Shown here: one piece after another, positions 8,557 to 15,972 of the stretch
How positions within the stretch are numbered: the first letter of the stretch is position 1
Layout: each line of letters begins with the position of its first letter
Source: an uncultured virus (IMG/VR IMGVR_UViG_3300034062_002951)
Lineage: Duplodnaviria > Heunggongvirae > Uroviricota > Caudoviricetes
Strand: one strand, 5' to 3'
DNA length: 20,000 nucleotides
Virus record (IMG/VR): IMGVR_UViG_3300034062_002951
The notes under the pieces: generated by a model
What the model saw: the letters and a program-made list of their open reading frames with translations, nothing else
Database searches by the model: none
What the model was told of the DNA's origin: nothing
Program-made: the position numbers and the translations under genes

Positions 8557-10977
8557 TTAGCCTTTCACCATTCCGCCTTTTTCAAGCGATTTCATAAGTT
8601 TGTACATCCGTGCAGCACCTTTACGGCGACTTCCGTTTCCAGCATTGCGCACGGCCCTGGCGGTAAATACAAACTCACCGTCTGACAACATAGCAGGAAT
8701 ATCATCCGAAGTTCCTGTTCCAGGGCCGTTGATAGGTCCTGTCTTACGAGGGAATTCCCTAATTGATCCGCCCTTGGCGGCCATTATCGGTGCTGCTGTA
8801 CCGATGAAAGGTGAATAGTACTGTTGAATAGATTGTGTTCGACGACGGCCATACTCAGGAGAATACTGCGCCTGCATAATCCCAGTGGGTGTAACCACTC
8901 CTGGGGCAGCAGCACCTTGTCCACCTGCATACAGGGTTGCACGAGTGGGATCATATGCGCCCGCACCTTGGGACTGGTAGTTATACAAGCTGCCAGAGAA
9001 TGCTTGTGGGTTGTCTCGCATGTAGTCCGTTCCTGTGTAAGCAGGGTCGTATATAGGTGCGTCGTCCACAGGAGGCGTCTCGAACCCGCCAGCTAAGTAC
9101 GTTGCACCCAATCCGGCTGCGGCCAAAGGGGCATACTTAGTAAAGAAGCCAGGGGCATTGGCTTCATAGGCAGCGTCATAGGCAGCTTCTGCTCCTGCTG
9201 AAGTAGGCTTAATCCCTGCGGACTCCATTCTCACTCGGTAGGCAGCTACTGCCTTATCTCCTGCAAGGGCAGCCTGTTCGTTTCCTTGTTGTATGGCGGG
9301 ACGGTCAGTAGCAAAATTTTCGTTGTAAAAATCTTTTACAGGGCCAAGAACTTGTTCTCCTCTCGCGCCAAGGGAATATGTGCTTTTGTCTACTACGGGA
9401 GCAGGGCCTCGGCTCTCGGGTGAGCCAGTAGACACGAAGCTTCCGTCCTCCACTGGAACAAAGCTAGAGCTCTGTTGGGGAATAGTTACCCCAGGAGCAT
9501 TTCCAATTCCCGCGTTCAACAGGCCTACGCCTCCGGGAGGTGCATTAAAACCGCCTGTCAAAGAGATTGGCTGGCGCTGTACGCCCAGTCCCGCTCCAGG
9601 AGACATTCCCTGAGCCTGGACATAATCAGAGGCAGTGTTCAGGCTGTAGTCACCTGGGGCCCTGTCCATCAAATACTGTGACTGCGCAGACAAGTTTGGG
9701 GTGTACCCTGGCGCGTTGGCCACCATGTCCGCTTGTTGTGGGGAGATCGTAAAGTTGTCTACGGGCGCAGCAGGTTCTCCTGTGTAATAGGGAGAGTACT
9801 TGTCTGTAGCAGGCAAAGGGAGATTCTCGGCCGCAGTGCCTACAACGCCTGTACTCTCAATTGGGGCAAGAGACAGGTTTGATCCATCTGCTGCTGCATC
9901 GGTAGGAGCCCCGGTCCGTGTTCCGCCAGCCTGGCCACCAGGCAAATAGCCCCTTTGCTGACCATAACCAACGCCTGCGGCTGTTACGCCACCAATTGCA
10001 CCCGCTTTCAGGGCCTGTTCCGGAGACATACCCGATGCCAAACCAAAGCCCGTACCCAGGGCCGCGCCCGTGAAGCCTTGATTGAGCAAACTACCCGCCG
10101 CGCCAGGCATGTAGCTACTGATAGACGGGGCGATTGAGCCGCCGATGTAGCCCATGGCCGCACCCTTGAGAATATCCTGAATGTTCCCGCCGCCCAATGC
10201 CGCCATGCCGCCACCAACAATTGCTGCCGTGCCAGCGGTGCCAATACCAAAGCCCGCTGCAATTGGACCCAGAGCCATGGTTGCGCCAATTGTCAAAGCA
10301 ATCCGCCCAATGTCGCTTTTAGCAACGTCTTTTACAACGTTTACCACTGCCTTTGCAGGGGCAGTAACAGCCTTCCACACGTCACTAAAAAAGCCGTATT
10401 CAGGCAGTCCTGTGTATGGGTTACGTGTACCAAGACCACCTGCCTGACGCAACATTTCGGCTTCTTGTGGGTTGATGTGGGCAAGCATGGTATCTCGTCC
10501 ACGGCCTCGGGCTTGCAGTGCTTTGGCAGCGTCTGCCAATCCACCACTCTTCATTGCCATAGGTTCTTGTGGTCCGGGGCCCATGGCCTCTGGAGAGACG
10601 TTCTGTGCTTGTTGGATGCGTTGCTCGTTCAAAGCAGCAAGCATGGTGGAAACGAACCCTTGATCAAACTCAGGTGGGAAGTCACCTTCATCAATCGCCC
10701 CCGCTTCAATACCCGCACGGATGATTTCCTTGTACTGATCGGGGTACTGCATCATGTATTCAAGCAGCGTAATAAACGCCTCTATCTCGCTAGGCTTGAG
10801 ATTAAGTTGCGATAGGCTAGAGCCAATGGCAGTCTTGTATTCGCCAAAGGCCTGCGGGTCGGTCTCCTGCATAGCAGAAGATGCCGCGTTGTACGCGTCT
10901 AAGCTTGAGACGTAGCCTCGTGGGGGTTGCTGCTGTTGCATGGGCATGGGAGCCGCCATGATGCCTTCATTCGCCAT
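8557..10977 (-). CDS. Putative internal virion/ejection protein with a tape-measure-like C-terminal motif
   Basis: 806 aa. GRGRDTMLAHINPQE...NPYTGLPEY domain, long Gly/Ala hydrophobic region, C-terminal AKGG...GPGTGTSDDIPAMLSDGEFVF. Strong SD GGAAAGGA. Confidence 0.68.
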   Translation of the reverse strand: MANEGIMAAPMPMQQQQPPRGYVSSLDAYNAASSAMQETDPQAFGEYKTAIGSSLSQLNLKPSEIEAFITLLEYMMQYPDQYKEIIRAGIEAGAIDEGDFPPEFDQGFVSTMLAALNEQRIQQAQNVSPEAMGPGPQEPMAMKSGGLADAAKALQARGRGRDTMLAHINPQEAEMLRQAGGLGTRNPYTGLPEYGFFSDVWKAVTAPAKAVVNVVKDVAKSDIGRIALTIGATMALGPIAAGFGIGTAGTAAIVGGGMAALGGGNIQDILKGAAMGYIGGSIAPSISSYMPGAAGSLLNQGFTGAALGTGFGLASGMSPEQALKAGAIGGVTAAGVGYGQQRGYLPGGQAGGTRTGAPTDAAADGSNLSLAPIESTGVVGTAAENLPLPATDKYSPYYTGEPAAPVDNFTISPQQADMVANAPGYTPNLSAQSQYLMDRAPGDYSLNTASDYVQAQGMSPGAGLGVQRQPISLTGGFNAPPGGVGLLNAGIGNAPGVTIPQQSSSFVPVEDGSFVSTGSPESRGPAPVVDKSTYSLGARGEQVLGPVKDFYNENFATDRPAIQQGNEQAALAGDKAVAAYRVRMESAGIKPTSAGAEAAYDAAYEANAPGFFTKYAPLAAAGLGATYLAGGFETPPVDDAPIYDPAYTGTDYMRDNPQAFSGSLYNYQSQGAGAYDPTRATLYAGGQGAAAPGVVTPTGIMQAQYSPEYGRRRTQSIQQYYSPFIGTAAPIMAAKGGSIREFPRKTGPINGPGTGTSDDIPAMLSDGEFVFTARAVRNAGNGSRRKGAARMYKLMKSLEKGGMVKG

Positions 10978-10982
10978 GATTA

Positions 10983-11044
10983 TCCTTTCCAGTTGATGCC
11001 AAAGGCCCCATGGGCCGCGCGTCGGGAAAGGACGCGAATGTGGC
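10983..11044 (-). promoter_or_regulatory. Putative structured 5' leader (three-way junction plus anti-SD loop/pseudoknot)
   Basis: Stems GCCA/TGGC, CGCGTC/GACGCG and GGCCC/GGGCC. TCCTTTCC (11025-11032) is the exact complement of the SD GGAAAGGA (10983-10990). Confidence 0.6.
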
Positions 11045-11048
11045 TGTA

Positions 11049-11078
11049 ATTATGTCGCATTTCCCTAGTTCCTGTCCA
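11049..11078 (-). promoter_or_regulatory. Putative sigma70-like promoter
   Basis: On the - strand, TGGACA (11073-11078), an 18-nt spacer, then CATAAT (11049-11054). Each hexamer is a 5/6 match to consensus, and it reads into the only sizeable gap in the annotated operon. Confidence 0.45.
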
Positions 11079-11397
11079 TCTCTAAATAGGACAGGTAAAA
11101 GTCAGCGGTCGCCAGTGAACTGGTGACTTTAATCACGTCGGTTGCCTCCAATATGCAAGGCACCCCGCTCAAGACATCCAAAGTCTGGTTCGTGGGCAGC
11201 GAGTAGACCTTCAACAAACAATATGCAGTGGCCGCGCCAAGCGGGTAGACGTTGACCGTCAAGGCGGTTGTGGAAGCGTTTCTGTTTGTCACCCGCAAGG
11301 ACGAAAGCACCGCCGTGTTGGCGGCTGGCGCGGTGTAAATCGTGGTCTCAGTCGCAGCCGCTGGGGTCAAGAATTTCCGAAAGTACTTATTTGCCAT
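11065..11397 (-). CDS. Small beta-rich virion protein (hypothetical)
   Basis: 110 aa, alternating hydrophobic/Thr pattern, 2 nt from the upstream gene, in the tail region. Confidence 0.65.
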   Translation of the reverse strand: MANKYFRKFLTPAAATETTIYTAPAANTAVLSSLRVTNRNASTTALTVNVYPLGAATAYCLLKVYSLPTNQTLDVLSGVPCILEATDVIKVTSSLATADFYLSYLEMDRN

Positions 11398-11399
11398 GA

Positions 11400-12107
11400 T
11401 CAGTTTGCCGATACAAAGTTAATGGTGAGAATCACTGATGGAATGGCAGGGCGCGTGGGGCTCGTGCCAGCGGCATAGTGCTCCAAATAGATGTCAATGT
11501 TGTCTGACCACCAGGCAACCTCTAAATAATCGTTGGTGGGATCATCTACAGTGAAAATACCAGTAATCGCTGGAACTATGTGGGACCAAATGGTGGCGGT
11601 TTTACGAGCAGGCACATCAAAGCGCGTGTTGCTTAAGGGGTAGTTGACCCCGGTGTCCTTGGCCCACACTTCAAACTCACCTGCTGTATTGCTTCGATTT
11701 GTCACTTGCAAGGTGAAAGTCACTAGATATTGACCAGCGCATGGTACCTTGATCCGTGAGCCGCTTTCCACGCTGATGCCGTTGGAAAACGCAGGAGCAA
11801 AAGTAAGCAAGTTCTCCCCTGTGATACTGGCGTTTGTCTGGTCCTGGTCCGAGATCATCATTGCCTGAGGCAAGATGATGCCGTTACTGTTTTGAAATCC
11901 ACGAATACCACCAGCAAACCCGCCTCCCGCTCCGCTGTTCATGGCCATCCATGTTGCAGCGCCAGCGGTGTTCTCACTGGGGACAGGCGTATACGTGTTG
12001 TTGAGTTGAAGAATAACCTGCTCAAGGGAGCGCACCAGTTGGTTGAACTGCGACGCATCATAGGCAGGCGATGCGTTGGGCAGTCGAACGTTGTTGATCT
12101 TACTCAT
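11400..12107 (-). CDS. Virion fibre/needle-like protein (N-terminal helix plus possible C1q/BclA-like beta domain)
   Basis: 235 aa. Amphipathic helix FNQLVRSLEQVILQLN, Gly linker, then SRIKVPCAGQYLVTFTLQV, resembling C1q/TNF-like trimeric heads. ATGA overlap with the upstream gene. Confidence 0.55.
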   Translation of the reverse strand: MSKINNVRLPNASPAYDASQFNQLVRSLEQVILQLNNTYTPVPSENTAGAATWMAMNSGAGGGFAGGIRGFQNSNGIILPQAMMISDQDQTNASITGENLLTFAPAFSNGISVESGSRIKVPCAGQYLVTFTLQVTNRSNTAGEFEVWAKDTGVNYPLSNTRFDVPARKTATIWSHIVPAITGIFTVDDPTNDYLEVAWWSDNIDIYLEHYAAGTSPTRPAIPSVILTINFVSAN

Positions 12108-13957
12108 CTCAATCCATCCGGTTGGATGTCAACGCGCAACGTTCCATAACGCCAGTTGGTATCTATATCACTGCTCTCAATGCGCAAGCTGATCTGTCTC
12201 CCGCGCGCGCGAGTGTCTACCTTCTGCGTGTTCGGAGCAATCACATAGGGGTCAAGCGAGCTTGGACTTGCACTGGCCTGTGGGTATGGGCGCAACAACA
12301 GGTGAACAGTTAAGTTGCCCTCTTGGTTCTTGAAGTCAGGGATAAACCGCTTCATAAACAGCATCTGGTCGCCGTCACCAATATCAAAGTAGCCAGACTT
12401 CACATAAGCCGTGATGGCCGCTCCATTGCCGTTCTTGCCATCTTCTTGGTTGTATATCAGTGAGCGACCAGCGGTCAGGCCGTTGATTGTGCTGATGGTG
12501 GCGGCGGTGCTGTCGGGGAAGTATTCGGACGCAGTTGGGTTGCTGTACGTTCCCGAGTCTGTCCACGCGGTACGAGGCATGCTGCCAATAGACCAGACAT
12601 TCTCTAGGTAGTTGTACGTCACAAACCGATCAATGTAGTCAGCAGTGAACGAGCAATACCACCAAGTTACTTCGTTGAACTGTGTGTTGACTCCGATGTT
12701 TACCTTGGCGTTTTGAACAACGTTGATGTCTTTGAAGACGTAATCCTGAACAGTACAAGCAAGCTTTTTAACAGTTCCGTCGAACATGAAGAAGGCGTCT
12801 TTGTCCATCCAAAACGCAACGCCGTTGACGTCAGCAGAGGCATGCGGGCCGATCAGGCCGCAGTTAGAGCCCAGTTGCTGGAAGCCAAAAGTGTAAGGAG
12901 GACCGATGTACTGCATACCATGCAAAGCACTATCTGTCCAAATAAGAATCTGTCCTCTGGAACGCACAGCAGAAACAATGTGGTTGCCGTCCGTGAGCCG
13001 TTGTCCGCCGGCCGTGTTAGTTGCACTCTCAACAAAACTGTTGATGTCCTCCTGATTGGAGAAGCGAACAAACATGGGGTCCTGGGTCGATGGAGACCCA
13101 ATCGTGTTCTCCGTGCCAAAGCACACCAAGTGCCTGTCTGGCGTAGACACAACCGCATAGGTGTTCTTTGTTGGAGCGCCTGATATGGCCGTAGCACGTG
13201 TGGTAATACCTGCGCTTGTATCAAACAAATAGATAGCGCCGTTCGCAATCTGGCATACAACGTCTTCGCCAAAATTATCAAACTGCCAGACCCGCGAATC
13301 AAGGGCCACGGAAGTAGATGGCGGCCTTGGTGTTCCCCAGGTGCTCGCGCCCCACGTGCCTACGCCCCAGCCGTAGTCAACGGCGCTGACAGCAGTGCCG
13401 ACGTTGATCTGATAAGCAGCGTCCGCAGTGCCTACAGCGTTAGCTGTGGACGTGGCAGCAGCAGGAGAAAGGATGGTGTATTCATTGGCATTTGTGATGA
13501 ATTGAACCTCAAATTCACCAGTCAGACTTGCGTTAGAAATGCCTCCAGGGTTTCCTGTTACGTTTGAAAACGTAACAAAGTCTCCTGCAATACAACCATG
13601 CGCGGTGTCGTTGACGGTGACGGTAGTGAGTGTATTGACCGTGTCAAAAGTAACTCCAACAGCCGTTCTGCGAATGGGCGTGACATCTCCCCACAAAGCG
13701 CCATACAGCGCATACAGCTTTCTGTTGGTGCCCACGATCATGTAGGGCGAACCATCTAAACCATTCCAGGTGTATATCTCACTGACCATGCCAACTAAGT
13801 AGGCAGCAGTCTCGTTGAATTGCGTCCAGCCGCCCATCTTCTCGGGCAGGCCATAGCGAAAGCGCACGTAGTCCGAGTCAATCCAGCCGCCTTCAGCGCC
13901 GTACTCAGTGTTTTGTTTGTCTACACCAGGTTTGAGAACAATTCGTGCGAGTGCCAT
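12104..13957 (-). CDS. Tail hub/nozzle (P22 gp10/tail tubular B-like) protein
   Basis: 617 aa, beta-propeller-like composition (WQFDNFGEDVV, FVRFSNQED, FQQLGSNCGLIG, AFWMDKDAFFMFDGTV). C-terminal RARGRQISLRIES...WRYG. Inserted small beta domain VTVNDTAHGCIAGDFVTF. Lies upstream of the ejection genes. Confidence 0.72.
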   Translation of the reverse strand: MALARIVLKPGVDKQNTEYGAEGGWIDSDYVRFRYGLPEKMGGWTQFNETAAYLVGMVSEIYTWNGLDGSPYMIVGTNRKLYALYGALWGDVTPIRRTAVGVTFDTVNTLTTVTVNDTAHGCIAGDFVTFSNVTGNPGGISNASLTGEFEVQFITNANEYTILSPAAATSTANAVGTADAAYQINVGTAVSAVDYGWGVGTWGASTWGTPRPPSTSVALDSRVWQFDNFGEDVVCQIANGAIYLFDTSAGITTRATAISGAPTKNTYAVVSTPDRHLVCFGTENTIGSPSTQDPMFVRFSNQEDINSFVESATNTAGGQRLTDGNHIVSAVRSRGQILIWTDSALHGMQYIGPPYTFGFQQLGSNCGLIGPHASADVNGVAFWMDKDAFFMFDGTVKKLACTVQDYVFKDINVVQNAKVNIGVNTQFNEVTWWYCSFTADYIDRFVTYNYLENVWSIGSMPRTAWTDSGTYSNPTASEYFPDSTAATISTINGLTAGRSLIYNQEDGKNGNGAAITAYVKSGYFDIGDGDQMLFMKRFIPDFKNQEGNLTVHLLLRPYPQASASPSSLDPYVIAPNTQKVDTRARGRQISLRIESSDIDTNWRYGTLRVDIQPDGLR

Positions 13958-13960
13958 GAC

Positions 13961-14194
13961 TTATCTAAATCCTGCGGTTTTCTTTGCAATCTTCTTTGGT
14001 TGAGCTACAAACTGCTTTCCTGCCGCCTTGCCTTTGCGCTTGGCCTTGGTCGTGGCCGCATATTCAGCCGGAGACAAAGACTTGATAGCTGCTTCAGGGA
14101 GATACCTCTCACCCGTTTTTGACGAAGGCTTCCCAGACTTAGTGCGCCATTTCTGGTCGCCCCAGTTTTTAAGGGATTGCTGTGGGGCTTTCAA
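13961..14194 (-). CDS. Small basic hypothetical protein (resembles DUF5872-type phage proteins)
   Basis: 77 aa, Lys-rich, with QQSLKNWGDQKWRTKSG and ERYLP. TTG start overlaps the upstream TGA (TTGA, 14191-14194). Confidence 0.7.
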   Translation of the reverse strand: MKAPQQSLKNWGDQKWRTKSGKPSSKTGERYLPEAAIKSLSPAEYAATTKAKRKGKAAGKQFVAQPKKIAKKTAGFR

Positions 14195-14382
14195 TCTCTG
14201 TACCCGCCGCCAGCGGCCTTATATTTCTTGGCCACAAGCTGGGCTTTCCTGGCCGACCACTCTCCCGCGCCTGTGCCTTGTGTCGCGGCGGCTTTTACCT
14301 GAGACACGATCTTCTTGCGCAGAGTAGGCTTTGTGTAGTTGCCCGCAGCGTTAACAGTAGATTTTTTGGGTTTTGCTTTCAT
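14191..14382 (-). CDS. Small basic hypothetical protein
   Basis: 63 aa, Lys-rich, NYTKPTLRKKI...GEWSARKAQLVAKKYKAAGGGY. ATG lies 1 nt after the endolysin stop. Confidence 0.75.
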   Translation of the reverse strand: MKAKPKKSTVNAAGNYTKPTLRKKIVSQVKAAATQGTGAGEWSARKAQLVAKKYKAAGGGYRD

Positions 14383-14383
14383 C

Positions 14384-14848
14384 TCAGGCCATTAATCCAG
14401 GGACATACTGTGTTTTACCAGCGACTTTCATGGCGGTCAACTCTTGTTTCTTAAGATTGGCCGGGTCAAACGACACGTGCACCCAGCCGCTATCGGGTAT
14501 ACCCGGAGTGTAGAACTCCAAGATCAACTGGGTGTAGTCCAGATTATCCATGATCCATTGGGCAAGTTCTGCGTTGGGGACACCAGGAATCTCTATATCG
14601 GCTGCTCGGCCAAGGCAATGGTCTGAGGTACGAGACCCTTTCACCGCTGCATTGGATTCAGGACTGCGATAGCCTGAGTTCACTTTGACACCTTTGCCAA
14701 AATGGTCGCGCACGGGCTGGAGAACTTTCTCACACAGCAGGCGCAAAGCTTCAATTTCAACTTCACCGGGAGTATTGTCAAAGCCCATACGCAGGGCAGT
14801 CTCTGATTTGGTCAGTTCATGCAGGGAGAAGTTGGCGGTCAGGTTCAT
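14384..14848 (-). CDS. Endolysin, peptidase M15A-like Zn peptidase
   Basis: 154 aa. SGYRS, SDHCLGRAADI (H-x6-D Zn ligands) and WVHVS (third His). No signal peptide seen. ATGA-coupled to Rz. Confidence 0.9.
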   Translation of the reverse strand: MNLTANFSLHELTKSETALRMGFDNTPGEVEIEALRLLCEKVLQPVRDHFGKGVKVNSGYRSPESNAAVKGSRTSDHCLGRAADIEIPGVPNAELAQWIMDNLDYTQLILEFYTPGIPDSGWVHVSFDPANLKKQELTAMKVAGKTQYVPGLMA

Positions 14849-15309
14849 TTAAAGCTCCTCATTTGGTTGTAGGTATCAATACAGGCGTTGAGACTGCGGA
14901 TGGCTTGGTCGCCTCGGCTGGTGAGATCGACAAGAGCTTGAGCAACTCCTCGGTCAAGCTCGGCTCTTGTTTCTGTATCTCCACTGGGAGGGGTGGAATC
15001 TGCGGAGGCTGATACGGGGCAGGAGGCTTGGACAGGAATGAACAGCCGACGCTCGCCAGAGGCAATATCAGTACGCAGCTTAGTTTCTTTAGCTTTTGCA
15101 ACATTGTTGGCTTTCCTTAAAGTTTGGGCATATGTCTGGGCAACTTCCCCCATACGCTGTTCTGTTTCTCGTGCCTTGGCGTTCAGGGCTGCAATCTCAA
15201 TCTGCTGGCGCTCGTACTCATTTTGTTCACCGCTGTAATACCCAGCACCAAAGCTGCCCAGCACCGCCAAAACGATGCCAAGCAGGACGTAAGGATTGAA
15301 TAGGCTCAT
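14845..15309 (-). CDS. Rz: Inner-membrane spanin (Rz-like)
   Basis: 154 aa. N-terminal TM (YVLLGIVLAVLGSFGAGYY), coiled coil, then LRTDIASGERRLFIPVQASC and RGDQAIRSLNACI, typical of lambda Rz-like proteins. Contains a nested lipoprotein ORF. Confidence 0.85.
   Translation of the reverse strand: MSLFNPYVLLGIVLAVLGSFGAGYYSGEQNEYERQQIEIAALNAKARETEQRMGEVAQTYAQTLRKANNVAKAKETKLRTDIASGERRLFIPVQASCPVSASADSTPPSGDTETRAELDRGVAQALVDLTSRGDQAIRSLNACIDTYNQMRSFK
14859..15104 (-). CDS. Rz1: Outer-membrane spanin lipoprotein (Rz1-like), fully embedded in Rz
   Basis: 81 aa in another frame. Basic N-terminus, hydrophobic core, lipobox-like SVGC, Pro-rich mature part. ATG preceded by SD AAGGA. Confidence 0.82.
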   Translation of the reverse strand: MLQKLKKLSCVLILPLASVGCSFLSKPPAPYQPPQIPPLPVEIQKQEPSLTEELLKLLSISPAEATKPSAVSTPVLIPTTK

Positions 15310-15629
15310 GGCTTTGGTGGCTCATCGCTATCAGTGGCTTCAGCCTTGGCGCTTGCGTTGGCAATTGCCTTGACTCCTGAACGACCCGCAACACCGCCAA
15401 GCACCCCAGTGATGAAGACCATTATTGTTGAAATCTGCTGTGTATACACCTTGTCGATTGCCGCCATGCTGCCATTCATAGGCTGGGTGACAAACGAAAC
15501 TGAGTACAGAAACATACCCATTGAGGCCAGCAGGATGGTCACCAAGACCACAATGACAAATGCCCAAACCCTGACTTCAATCTCGTCGGAACTCAAGCGG
15601 CTATTCGGTTTGTATCCAATGGTGGGCAT
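15306..15629 (-). CDS. Two-TM membrane protein, holin candidate
   Basis: 107 aa with two hydrophobic helices (VWAFVIVVLVTILLASMGMFLYSV and ISTIMVFITGVLGGVAG) and a charged C-terminus. Directly upstream of the spanins and endolysin. Confidence 0.65.
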   Translation of the reverse strand: MPTIGYKPNSRLSSDEIEVRVWAFVIVVLVTILLASMGMFLYSVSFVTQPMNGSMAAIDKVYTQQISTIMVFITGVLGGVAGRSGVKAIANASAKAEATDSDEPPKP

Positions 15630-15811
15630 TACTTTTTCTCCTCTGGTTTGACAAGCATTTCAGGGCAAGTACCGGCAGCGGTACAGATAGGTGGTTTGCA
15701 TTCAGCATTTTCCCAGTTATTGGGGTTTTGGCATGGGTAGCGGTAACGGTCTTCACAACCGGCTGCAAAGACCAACATGGCGGACAGTATCCAGATTTCA
15801 TAGACGTTCAC
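15629..15811 (-). CDS. Small Cys-rich lipoprotein
   Basis: 60 aa. Signal peptide ending FAAGC (Cys19) plus four further Cys. GTG start overlaps the upstream stop (GTGA). Its stop overlaps the next ATG (TAATG). Confidence 0.75.
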   Translation of the reverse strand: MNVYEIWILSAMLVFAAGCEDRYRYPCQNPNNWENAECKPPICTAAGTCPEMLVKPEEKK

Positions 15812-15972
15812 TTATCTTTCTCCCGTTTCTGTTGTTCAACTTCACGCCTTAACTTTTCCATCTTTTCAATTTGCTGCTTGGCCTCTTGCTTGGTTTGCAG
15901 CACATCTATATACAGCATACCCAAAAAAGGCAACAACAGAACTACAAGCACACAGGCTGCTATCCATCCCAT
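15808..15972 (-). CDS. Single-TM plus coiled-coil membrane protein (54 aa; alternative start at 16095 gives 95 aa)
   Basis: MGWIAACVLVVLLLPFLGMLYIDVLQTKQEAKQQIEKMEKLRREVEQQKREKDK. The ATG at 15972 is coupled to the upstream stop (TGATG). Confidence 0.7.
   Translation of the reverse strand: MGWIAACVLVVLLLPFLGMLYIDVLQTKQEAKQQIEKMEKLRREVEQQKREKDK

Noticed and set aside
11004..11036. GC hairpins as a rho-independent terminator
   Set aside because: Only three T residues follow the second hairpin on the - strand, and there is no U-tract on the + strand. SD complementarity and position favour a translational leader, though weak attenuation is not excluded.
15601..15801. 66-aa ATG-started ORF overlapping the lipoprotein gene
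   Set aside because: The alternative frame gives a clear lipoprotein with coupled start and stop. This one has no recognisable features and runs into the next gene.
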